From positions 1-64,000 of the IMG/VR virus record IMGVR_UViG_3300042367_000228: DNA of 64,000 nt; one strand, written 5' to 3'. Below the pieces are notes generated by a model. It worked only from the letters and a program-made list of their open reading frames with translations. It ran no database searches and had not been told where the DNA came from. Both the position numbers and the translations under genes were made by a program. This document shows positions 1 through 8,131 of the stretch, piece by piece; positions within the stretch are counted from its first letter, which is position 1, and each line of letters begins with the position of its first letter.

Positions 1-128
1 GCATAGCAAGCGCATAGCATAGCAAGCGCATAGCATAGCAAGCGCATAGCATAGCAAGCGCATAGCATAGCAAGCGCATAGCATAGCAAGCGCATAGCAT
101 AGCAAGCGCATAGCATAGCAAGCGCATA
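1..128. repeat. Tandem repeat, 8 exact copies of 16-bp GCATAGCAAGCGCATA (may continue left of the window)
   Basis: Period-16 exact repeat read directly from 1 to 128. Confidence 0.97.
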
Positions 129-205
129 AATGCGCTTTAACGCGCGTTAAAACATTAAGCAATGCTAACGTAGCATTAAAAAAAATAATGCGCTTAAAAC
201 GCATT
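121..205. repeat. Chain of four adjacent inverted repeats/palindromes
   Basis: AGCGCAT-AA-ATGCGCT (121-136); perfect palindrome TTTAACGCGCGTTAAA (136-151); AATGCTA-ACG-TAGCATT (161-177); AATGCG-CTTAAAA-CGCATT (187-205). Confidence 0.9.
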
Positions 206-245
206 TAAACGCAATTTAGCGCGTGTAGTGTATAAACAACAAAAT

Positions 246-342
246 GTTGTAAAAAAACAACAACAACATTTTGTTGTAAAAAAACAACATTTTGTTGTAA
301 AAAAACAACAGACTGGGGGGGTATAGTTGTAAAAAAACAACA
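246..342. repeat. Four exact copies of 17-mer GTTGTAAAAAAACAACA (iteron-like, A7 tract)
   Basis: Copies at 246, 273, 294 and 326. Confidence 0.93.
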
Positions 343-424
343 AATTTTTTTAAACGCAACAACTCCTAAAAAATGACCCCATAGGTAGGAAATCACCGGT
401 CTGAATCTGTAAGTACTTCTTTCT

Positions 425-529
425 AATTTTTTGCGCAGCAAAAAATTACACCCCTCAGGACCAATTTCGGGTTTCAAATTTTTTTGCGCAAAATTTTTTT
501 AAACTCTGCAGGACCCGTTTCGGGCTCAC
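425..529. repeat. Two imperfect ~52-bp direct repeats (T-tract-GCGCA...CAGGACC..TTTCGGG)
   Basis: AATTTTTTGCGCAGCAAAAAATT...CAGGACCAATTTCGGGTTTCA versus AATTTTTTTGCGCAAAATTTTTTT...CAGGACCCGTTTCGGGCTCA; the first copy holds a perfect 10-bp inverted repeat (425-447). Confidence 0.75.
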
Positions 530-587
530 AGTCCGACCAGACAATATCTAACAGTGATATATACAGTATACACACAGTGGAGTTAAA

Positions 588-806
588 ATGGAACAATATA
601 ATCAAGAGCCGGATCCGGACAGCGTAGTCCCGGGCCGAGTAGAGTTTGAAAATGGTAGCAGTAAGTTTGTACACAGTGATTCTAGCCATCTCTATACGCT
701 AGTACACCGTCTAATGGAAACGGTAGATCGTCAAGCGCGTCAAATCTCAAGGATGGAATCATCCATAAGTGAAGTTAGGTCTACCATACGCAACCGTAGT
801 GAATAA
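588..806 (+). CDS. Small hypothetical protein with C-terminal coiled coil
   Basis: 72-aa ORF, GGAG Shine-Dalgarno upstream, heptad-like C-terminus. Confidence 0.55.
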   Translation: MEQYNQEPDPDSVVPGRVEFENGSSKFVHSDSSHLYTLVHRLMETVDRQARQISRMESSISEVRSTIRNRSE

Positions 807-953
807 TTCTAACGGTGTTCAAATGGTTTCAAAAACTTAAAAAATGGTGAATATACTGTTGTGCGCCTAAATCGTCTAAACAGTGAATAAACAGTGGATT
901 CACCATATAGAGCTGAGACCTAACCATAAGGACAAAGTTTTGGGCCGGTGGCC

Positions 954-979
954 AAAATAAAACCAGCTGGTTTTATTTT
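954..979. terminator. Perfect 26-bp palindrome between convergent ORFs; possible bidirectional terminator or binding site
   Basis: AAAATAAAACCAGCTGGTTTTATTTT equals its own reverse complement. Confidence 0.55.
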
Positions 980-1048
980 AAGTGGGTATTTAAAAAGATA
1001 AATTTTTGCTTACCGCCTGCTTCGCAGGGTCAAGGTGTTGTCATTGTT

Positions 1049-1402
1049 TTAAAAAGCATCAGTAGCTACTGGATCTGTTATTACCGGAGTATTGCCACGC
1101 AACATAATATTACCTTGATGCAAGTCAGTTCTAAATGATGAGTTGTGTTCAGCTACAGCGTCTAGAATAGGAAGCAATTGCGGGTAGTGTTGTTTTAAAA
1201 AATTTTCTGCTTCTTGTTCTCCAGACATTTGATCGCCAATAATCAGCATATACCATTCAGCGCCTTTTGGAAAAGTTTTTCTAATCCAATTTGCACGTTC
1301 ATCGATAAACGGTACTTGATCCGGGTAAGTCGTTTTCAAACGTTTAATTACGTCTGCAACGCTTTCGATTATAATTGTAGTGTAAAGTTCTCTTAGTTTC
1401 AT
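1049..1402 (-). CDS. Hypothetical protein ending in a protein-kinase-like catalytic-loop motif; no N-lobe
   Basis: C-terminal DLHQGNIMLRGNTPVITDP resembles the DLHxGN...D motif of PKL/APH-type kinases; only 117 aa. Confidence 0.5.
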   Translation of the reverse strand: MKLRELYTTIIIESVADVIKRLKTTYPDQVPFIDERANWIRKTFPKGAEWYMLIIGDQMSGEQEAENFLKQHYPQLLPILDAVAEHNSSFRTDLHQGNIMLRGNTPVITDPVATDAF

Positions 1403-3168
1403 TGATTTTCCATTTTAGCTTTATGTGAATCAACTCGTTGTTGAAACTGTTCAGGTGTAATATTCGTACCGTGCGTTTGCAGTCCTTTGTAAACTATATC
1501 AGCTATTGCTGGATCTCTAGCTGCAGCAGTCATTACGGGAACAGTAAGCAGAAGGATTGCTCTTGGCACACTCGTAACGTATGCTTGCATTACCACTGGA
1601 GTTATTTGAGTTGGATCTAGACCATTAATTCCAGTAGATCCTTTTTTGCTAAAGTACTCATTCCATTGTTCAAAGGCGCTCAAATCTTCAGTATTCTCTA
1701 TACCTAACGCTGCAGGGAATTTAGCAGCGTATTGGCTCCATACTTCTGGATTGGTTTTAATAAAAGGTTCAGCGTCAGGCCAACGTTGTTTCATTACCCG
1801 TGCTGCGTATAGTGCTGCTAGTTGTGCTCTATGGGGATGATTAGATTCTAATATGTCTTGTGCTAACGCTGGCCAATCAGTTATGCCAAATCGTCTAGCG
1901 TATTCAATTAGTTCAGATACTTGATCATAATAGCTAGCAAGTAAATCAAGATGTAACCATTCTACTAATTTTTCTTCAGCTTTGGGCCAACGTTTTTTAA
2001 GTACATTAGTAGCGTAGTCAACTAATAGTTCAGGATTGTTGCTTTCTAGCATGCTAGGTTCAGCTTCAGGCCATGGGGTAGTAACATTATCTCTAACATA
2101 AAAATATGAATATCTACTACTTGAGAACGGCATTCTTTTAAGTATCTCAGGTTCAATCTCTGGGCAGCGTTCTTGTACCTGGCCAACATATTCTCTAAAT
2201 GCGTGTTGGTTATTTTCTTTAAGTATTCTAGCTTCAAGTCCTGGCCATCTTTGTAGTCCTATCACATTATTCCAATACCCAAAGCAATCTCCTATGGAAG
2301 CAAAGTTTAAAAGGTATTGTTCTATTTTTTCGTCTCTGCCATTTTTTTCTGTGTAATCAATTACGCGGTCAATGTCGATTGATTTGATCTTTGGTTTGTT
2401 TTCTTGTTTTCTAGTAACTAAGGCAGTATCTATATGTTTGAATGCTTTTTTACTAAAGAATACTGCTTGGCATGGTTCTGCTTCATGTATAACAGCGTGG
2501 AATTCGTCAACTACTAGTTGAATGCCTAGTCCGCGGAATACAGAAGACCAATCGTTAGTTACGCGTGTTGCAGGGTGACTTGTATCGTCTTCGTAATCGT
2601 AGCCGGATCTAGACTCTTTGCGTTTACGTAATTTTTCATAAGCTATACTTCTAGTAACCGTCCATAGTATTGCAGCAGGGCCTTGTGTTGGGATTTCGTT
2701 ATAGTAACCTTGAAATTCTGTAGCTCGGGATTTCTCTCTGCTTATAGCGCCGTCACTAAGATGATATTGTTTTTGCAGTTTAGCTAAGTCTTTTTCTAAG
2801 TCATCTTCAGTATAGTTAGAAGTGTTTGGATTACCAGATATAACTAGTGATCTGCCTGCTCCGGTATATTTAAGTACTTGTATATACGGACGTCCAGCAA
2901 CAAAATCAGGGTATTGAGTGAAATCCTTATATCGATCTACTTCATACATCTGCCAAGTTAATGCTAACGGAAAGGTATAAACACCATTGGGCGTATTAAA
3001 AGCCGACTTTGGGTTTATACCTGCTTTGTTTAAAGTTGTAAATGTTATGTAGATATCCGGGTCATCTTTATAGGGTAATAATTTCTCATATGCAGATACC
3101 TTTGGATTCTGTGCTGGTTTAGTTCTAGCTTCTATAATGTCTAGTTCATATAATTCTCTTAAGAGCAT
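1399..3168 (-). CDS. Hypothetical phage protein, probably head-internal, with RWPxAEP repeats
   Basis: 589-aa ORF; MLLRELYE..IIE-A N-terminus; repeated RWPGLE/PWPEAEP/RWPKAEE/RWPDAEP units; ATAAATA motif upstream (3196-3202). Confidence 0.7.
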   Translation of the reverse strand: MLLRELYELDIIEARTKPAQNPKVSAYEKLLPYKDDPDIYITFTTLNKAGINPKSAFNTPNGVYTFPLALTWQMYEVDRYKDFTQYPDFVAGRPYIQVLKYTGAGRSLVISGNPNTSNYTEDDLEKDLAKLQKQYHLSDGAISREKSRATEFQGYYNEIPTQGPAAILWTVTRSIAYEKLRKRKESRSGYDYEDDTSHPATRVTNDWSSVFRGLGIQLVVDEFHAVIHEAEPCQAVFFSKKAFKHIDTALVTRKQENKPKIKSIDIDRVIDYTEKNGRDEKIEQYLLNFASIGDCFGYWNNVIGLQRWPGLEARILKENNQHAFREYVGQVQERCPEIEPEILKRMPFSSSRYSYFYVRDNVTTPWPEAEPSMLESNNPELLVDYATNVLKKRWPKAEEKLVEWLHLDLLASYYDQVSELIEYARRFGITDWPALAQDILESNHPHRAQLAALYAARVMKQRWPDAEPFIKTNPEVWSQYAAKFPAALGIENTEDLSAFEQWNEYFSKKGSTGINGLDPTQITPVVMQAYVTSVPRAILLLTVPVMTAAARDPAIADIVYKGLQTHGTNITPEQFQQRVDSHKAKMENQ

Positions 3169-3203
3169 TGTAAATCCTTTAAATATAATTTACAATATTT
3201 ATG

Positions 3204-4613
3204 CTAAAATTCGTCTACATCTAAATTGTTTATCAGGTCTCTAAGTGCAGTACTTTGTATGCTACCATTAACCTTTGCTACAGGTTTTCCGTCTGGATCT
3301 TGTGTAGTGCCGCGTGCCTTAATTGAGTTTAACAGTGCATTGCCTGCTGTGGGTGTAGATGTATTACCGTAGCCTTGATCTTCATCGATGTCTGTAATAC
3401 GCAATGTATCAATATCATATCCTAAATCGATCTTCATGCCAACGCCAGAACTGCTACGTGTTTTCATAAGCTGGATTTGATATCTACCACGCTCGCGCAT
3501 AGCTCTACTTGTAAAGATACCAAATACGTTATCTGCAGTTTGGATCTTACTTAACCCACCTGATATATGACTATGATCAAATTCTACTTCTTCTACTGCA
3601 CCCCTATTAAGCTGTGCCGCAGTAACAAACACACAATTCTTTTCTACTGCTAAGTTTCTTAATTCTTCTGATACATATTTGTCTTTAATGAATAAGTCTG
3701 CTGGGCTAATCTTTTTACTCATTGGCATTAACAAATCCAAGTAATCTACTAGTAATACGTCAACTTTTCTATCTGTTTTAATTTCATATTCTTTTAAATA
3801 ACTTCTAATATCGTTAGCAGTTTTACCTGATGGCATATATTTTACTTGTAATGATCCTGATTTCTTAGCAGTCATTTTAACTTTAAGTTCTACATCATCG
3901 ATATTTTTAAATACTTCTCTAGTCGAAACGCCTGTTATCATACTATCAATACGCATAGATACAAGTTCTTCACTAAGTTCTAGTGTTAAATAAACTACGT
4001 TAAATCCTGCTAGTGCCCAGTTAACACCTAAGTTAGCTAGGAATAAACTCTTACCTGCGCCTGACCCACCTGCAAAAATATTAAGCTCTCCCCTGTTCAT
4101 ACCACCGAACAGTTTGTCATCCATGTTCTTCCAACCTGTAGATACTTGGCCGTTCTTGTCTTTAATCTTCATTAATCGTTCACGCGGATTAGCAAAGTAG
4201 TCTGTACCTAAATCTTTTTGTAAGCCAATTTGTACTGCTTGTTTAATTTTATCTTCTACTGGACCGTATTCGCCTTTTTCAAGTAAGTCGGCTGATTCAT
4301 TAATAGCACGTTCTAATCCTTTGTGTCTAATAAATGTTTCAAAGTCGTTAAGCAGCCAATCATAATGTTCTTCTTTGAGTCCGTCTACTTCTTTAAAGTC
4401 GCTCTGCGTAGCAGCGTTAATTATATCGAAAGTTGGCATTACGTTGTGTTCGTCAACGTAACTGTTTATAAAGTCTGCTGATTTTTGTAATTTACGATCG
4501 AATAATCTGTAATCAAATATGGATTGGCATCTAACAAATGTAGCTGCATCGCTTATCATCATTTCTAAATATAACTTCTGTATATCATAACCATAGTCTA
4601 CGTTTTGTGCCAT
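3204..4613 (-). CDS. gp41: Replicative DnaB-type DNA helicase (T4 gp41-like)
   Basis: Walker A GGSGAGKS, LTLELSEE, VDYLDL, TAAQLNR, QLMKTRS motifs; adjacent to primase. Confidence 0.92.
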   Translation of the reverse strand: MAQNVDYGYDIQKLYLEMMISDAATFVRCQSIFDYRLFDRKLQKSADFINSYVDEHNVMPTFDIINAATQSDFKEVDGLKEEHYDWLLNDFETFIRHKGLERAINESADLLEKGEYGPVEDKIKQAVQIGLQKDLGTDYFANPRERLMKIKDKNGQVSTGWKNMDDKLFGGMNRGELNIFAGGSGAGKSLFLANLGVNWALAGFNVVYLTLELSEELVSMRIDSMITGVSTREVFKNIDDVELKVKMTAKKSGSLQVKYMPSGKTANDIRSYLKEYEIKTDRKVDVLLVDYLDLLMPMSKKISPADLFIKDKYVSEELRNLAVEKNCVFVTAAQLNRGAVEEVEFDHSHISGGLSKIQTADNVFGIFTSRAMRERGRYQIQLMKTRSSSGVGMKIDLGYDIDTLRITDIDEDQGYGNTSTPTAGNALLNSIKARGTTQDPDGKPVAKVNGSIQSTALRDLINNLDVDEF

Positions 4614-5590
4614 TCGATGTCCTTAAAATATTGTTTTGCTCTTAGTTGGATCTTAAGTGAATAAGATTGTTTTGCATCAATAATTAGCCAGAGCGTAGCC
4701 AATCTACCTAATTTAATAACAGCATCGTTAACATCTTTAATGCCATCGGGCCAGTCTGGCATGCTAACAGACCAGCCATATTCTATTGCTTGTTCTACAG
4801 TTTTAGGACCTTCGTGGTCTCTATCTGGTACTAGTATAATTTCTTTGTTTAATCTTTTCAAGAGCCAATCTTGTTTTTCTTTTATTTGTGAACCTAGAAT
4901 AGCGCAACCGTCTATGCTAATAGCATCAAATGGACCTTCGCATACGATGACAAATGCTCGATCATGTGTTTGCCTATCTAAGTTGAATACATAGTCAGGT
5001 TGTTGCTCAGAGAAGTAGCGTAGTTTCTTTTCTTGTGTTACCAGTCTTGCAGTATATCCTACGATGCGTTTTTCATAAAAGAATGGAATAATAAGTCTAT
5101 CGTTAAATCCAGTTTTAGGAGTCCAATAAAACGGATAGTCTTCTAAGTATAAATGTCTTTTATCGATGTATTCTAAAACTGGAATTAGTTTTTCTGGTAT
5201 TTTGTCTAAAAATGAAGTAATAGGGTGTGCATCAATTGGCATAGTTCTTAATTCAAATTTAGGCATTAGTGTTTTCATTACATACGTTTCAGATGCTTCT
5301 AAACGGAATGCTTCTAATGTAAGTTTACTAATTTCACTATCGCTCATGTTCAAGTAGATCATAAGTGATTTCATATTTTTACTAATGTGCCGACCTGGTT
5401 GCCAACTAGCCTTAAAGCTACAATTGAAGCAGTGAAACGTAACTGCATCGCCATCGTTAATAATAAATCCGCCACGTTGGCGGGTATCCTGGCAACAAGG
5501 TGCGTTGCCAGTTATCCATCCGCTTAAAGTTGTTTTAGTTCGCCTACCAGTAGTCCAGTACATTCGCAATGTATCTGTAATAAGGTTCAT
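4598..5590 (-). CDS. gp61: DNA primase (T4 gp61-like)
   Basis: N-terminal Zn-binding CC...HCFNC; TOPRIM motifs VCEGPFDA, VPDRD, KDVND. Confidence 0.88.
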   Translation of the reverse strand: MNLITDTLRMYWTTGRRTKTTLSGWITGNAPCCQDTRQRGGFIINDGDAVTFHCFNCSFKASWQPGRHISKNMKSLMIYLNMSDSEISKLTLEAFRLEASETYVMKTLMPKFELRTMPIDAHPITSFLDKIPEKLIPVLEYIDKRHLYLEDYPFYWTPKTGFNDRLIIPFFYEKRIVGYTARLVTQEKKLRYFSEQQPDYVFNLDRQTHDRAFVIVCEGPFDAISIDGCAILGSQIKEKQDWLLKRLNKEIILVPDRDHEGPKTVEQAIEYGWSVSMPDWPDGIKDVNDAVIKLGRLATLWLIIDAKQSYSLKIQLRAKQYFKDIEWHKT

Positions 5591-5615
5591 GATAGGTATG
5601 TTAATTTAAAAATGT

Positions 5616-5644
5616 ATTATACTATGAAACGGTAACTTTGTCAA
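5616..5644 (-). promoter_or_regulatory. Consensus sigma70 promoter for primase-helicase
   Basis: Minus strand TTGACA-17 nt-TATAAT, -10 element 25 nt upstream of the primase ATG. Confidence 0.85.
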
Positions 5645-6419
5645 CAGTTCCGGTAGGGTTGATGGGGTGATTTCCTTGATATAACACACGGAAATATTTA
5701 AAGTCGCCTACAGGTAATGTATAGCGTAGTATAGTATCTTCAGGTGTCACTGGAATATCAATTTTAGTTGCATGTAAGTATGAATTAACACTAATGGTAG
5801 AGTTAGTGGTGCCTTCTAACCAAATGTTCCCAACAAAGCCAGTGACCTTAATTTCAATCCAAATTTGATCAGTAGCAACTGCTTCGTAAAATGTAGTCGG
5901 TATAGAGCTAGTGTGGTATATAACCTTGCCCATGTAATCGATCTCACCGGTAAATGTTTTGTAGACTTTATCATCACGGAATGTAGGCATTGCATCGCCT
6001 ATCAACTCTATAGTACCAACTGCACCAAATCTTGAGTCGGCATATAACATAATATCTTTACCGTCTTTAACTGCGCTAACGCTATATTTTAAAAACTGCG
6101 GAGATAGATCTACTAAGTCATCTTCTGGAATAGTTACATACGCTATACCTTTTTTTCCAGTAATCGGAGTAATCACATACGGGCTATTTGGTAGTGCATT
6201 ACCCAATGCATCCATAATGTTTAACGAAATGCCGCTTAATGTAGTTAAGTCAATTCGTTTTTGGTCTGCATTTTTAATGTCAAACTCGATAGTATTATCA
6301 ATACCATTATATATTTTTACGTTTCTTTGATACACGTTTGTGAACTCCACTGTAAACCCAGCCAGATCGGCAATAAGCTCGATACGATTTGGGTATAAAT
6401 AACTTGATATTTTTTGCAT
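5622..6419 (-). CDS. Hypothetical protein, possibly structural (BppU-like N-terminal beta-rich region)
   Basis: Long ORF; ATG 6419 preferred, downstream of ATAAATA at 6439-6445; beta-rich composition. Confidence 0.6.
   Translation of the reverse strand: MQKISSYLYPNRIELIADLAGFTVEFTNVYQRNVKIYNGIDNTIEFDIKNADQKRIDLTTLSGISLNIMDALGNALPNSPYVITPITGKKGIAYVTIPEDDLVDLSPQFLKYSVSAVKDGKDIMLYADSRFGAVGTIELIGDAMPTFRDDKVYKTFTGEIDYMGKVIYHTSSIPTTFYEAVATDQIWIEIKVTGFVGNIWLEGTTNSTISVNSYLHATKIDIPVTPEDTILRYTLPVGDFKYFRVLYQGNHPINPTGTVDKVTVS
6394..6401 (+). promoter_or_regulatory. T4-type late promoter TATAAATA for the plus-strand ORF at 6444
   Basis: Exact TATAAATA 42 nt upstream of the ATG. Confidence 0.55.
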
Positions 6420-6443
6420 TGGCAATATCCTTTATATATATTT

Positions 6444-6821
6444 ATGGCAAACTTAAGAGATAACATAGAACAAAATCTACCATTTATTAGTGTTTTAAAC
6501 TACGGAAATGAAGAATACGTTGGAATAGTAATTAATCAAGACCAATATGTGACTAGTTTTTACGATTTAAATGCAATACAGTCTGCTGAAGACAAAGCTT
6601 CTTTCTTAGAAATAGGAGAAATATGGTGGTGGGAGTCAAATCGTCAATTTCCGATATCTATTTTTTGTAGAGAAGAAATTCGACCGTTTGCATACGCAAT
6701 CAAAACATTTAATAGTAAAGACACACGTATTATATTAGGTCCGGTTGTTAACTTGATGAATTTAACAATTAAACGAGTTAAACGAAAATCTGTTCAACTC
6801 GTTCGAAGACCACCCCGTTAG
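6444..6821 (+). CDS. Hypothetical protein
   Basis: ORF; ATG 6444 (MANLRD) preferred over 6414, which overlaps the divergent gene. Confidence 0.7.
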   Translation: MANLRDNIEQNLPFISVLNYGNEEYVGIVINQDQYVTSFYDLNAIQSAEDKASFLEIGEIWWWESNRQFPISIFCREEIRPFAYAIKTFNSKDTRIILGPVVNLMNLTIKRVKRKSVQLVRRPPR

Positions 6822-7384
6822 TTTTGTTCACAAATTAAATTCATTTGTACCACAATTGCCATAGCATACGCAATGGCATGTGATTTACGGAATGCGTATC
6901 CTGCATCAGTGTCTGTGTGGTCCCATATTTCGTTCATCACCGTAGTCCATTCTTTCCCAATCAAATAGCGTTTCGCCGGTCTTATCATCGCTAGGACTGC
7001 AGCTAATTGTTCCACCGAAGTCGGCTGCATCTGTTTCAGAATATCGGTATGCCCGTTTATATGAAATAGTAGATTTACAAAATCTTCTTGAAGAAGTAGT
7101 TCCCATATTGGTTCAGTTCCCATTAAATGTAATAAATGATTATTGTCTCTAATGTCTTTGTATATGTTGACATTTAGAAAATCAATTTTAAAATATCCCC
7201 TTTGCTCGGCTTCTTTATAGTCAATTGTACTTACACCTGTTATAGGATTGTGTGGTATGTTTTGACAATAGATGCCGGTGTTATGTCTCTTAAAAGTGTT
7301 TTCGTTACTAATGGCTGCCGTAACATGTTTCATCTTTGTTAGCGCGTGTGATCTATCAAAGAAATCTATATCTATGTCAGGCAT
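6818..7384 (-). CDS. dnaE: Miniature DnaE/PolC-like (C-family DNA polymerase) catalytic core
   Basis: PDIDIDF, KRHNTGIY, YFKIDFLNV, MIRPA and YAFRKSHAIAYA are colinear with DnaE PDFDVDF, KHAGGVV, KFDFLGL, LFRPG and YGFNKSHSAAYA; GGAGG SD upstream. Confidence 0.85.
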   Translation of the reverse strand: MPDIDIDFFDRSHALTKMKHVTAAISNENTFKRHNTGIYCQNIPHNPITGVSTIDYKEAEQRGYFKIDFLNVNIYKDIRDNNHLLHLMGTEPIWELLLQEDFVNLLFHINGHTDILKQMQPTSVEQLAAVLAMIRPAKRYLIGKEWTTVMNEIWDHTDTDAGYAFRKSHAIAYAMAIVVQMNLICEQN

Positions 7385-7438
7385 GTGTGAAGAACCTCCA
7401 ATTATAAAGCGGTTTTATTACAACCGCAATATTTATGT

Positions 7439-8131
7439 TCATATGTTGCTCTCCTTGACCACTGTTTTTACAAGGGCTACATCATCCGATAATTTCTTAA
7501 ACTTGCTAATCCAAAACGGAACATCTAATGCCAAACTCACTACAGCTAGTTGCTCGTCATTAAATTTTTGTATAAGTTGTTTACCAGAATTACAGTTTAA
7601 TACTAGCCATGGACTAATTTTTCCATCCTTAATATCATACATTGCTCTATTTAAACTTACATATAAAAAATATTGATTCCACAATGCATTGTTTGCATCA
7701 CCCCAATCTAACATATGGGTAATACTGCGTTCTAATGCGGTATCTGCAGATTCGGTTTTAATTAAATCTACAACATACTTGTCATATAAATCATCTCTAC
7801 ACCAATGATCTAATTTAACACCGCTTGTTACTACATACGATATAAACTTATCAGGGTATAGTGGTTTTACGTTACTAACAAAACTTCCAAACTTAACAAA
7901 TGCATTGTAATATGGACTTTTACAAAAATCTTCATATGTTTTCATGCCATGGAAGTTTTGTGTCTTTTGATAAAATGTATTGTATGTTTCAAAGCCTAAT
8001 ACTACATGTTTATCTCGTTGGGCCAAGGCTCTGCGTTTTGGCTCACAAACGTGTACTGCAAGAGTAGATTCTTTTACGTATTTGCTCTTGCAGTATTGGC
8101 ATTGAAATGGCTTAGAAGGAGTTAAATTCAT
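7439..8131 (-). CDS. Zinc-finger protein; possibly gp59 helicase-loader-like
   Basis: C-x2-C-x3-Y-x5-L-x2-H-x-C at N-terminus; replication-gene context; the gp59 similarity is weak. Confidence 0.55.
   Translation of the reverse strand: MNLTPSKPFQCQYCKSKYVKESTLAVHVCEPKRRALAQRDKHVVLGFETYNTFYQKTQNFHGMKTYEDFCKSPYYNAFVKFGSFVSNVKPLYPDKFISYVVTSGVKLDHWCRDDLYDKYVVDLIKTESADTALERSITHMLDWGDANNALWNQYFLYVSLNRAMYDIKDGKISPWLVLNCNSGKQLIQKFNDEQLAVVSLALDVPFWISKFKKLSDDVALVKTVVKESNI

Noticed and set aside
1-342. CRISPR array
   Set aside because: The 16-mers abut with no spacers; the 17-mers have gaps of only 4-15 nt; no cas genes
205-689. Minus-strand ORFs 205-477 and 474-689
   Set aside because: They translate the non-coding repeat block (VVFLQQN repeats) or lie antisense to the better-supported 588-806 ORF
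807-1048. tRNA or other structured RNA gene in the larger intergenic gaps (also 16532-16723)
   Set aside because: No cloverleaf or T-loop/anticodon-arm signature found by eye; a covariance-model scan would be decisive
6818-7384. dnaE pseudogene remnant
   Set aside because: Intact frame, strong SD and all catalytic motifs kept while inter-motif regions are cleanly shortened; decay is not excluded without homologues
7401-7429. sigma70-like promoter TTGCGG-17-TATAAT for mini-dnaE
   Set aside because: Weak -35, and the predicted start would fall downstream of the GGAGG SD; the ATAAATA at 7430 or read-through is more plausible
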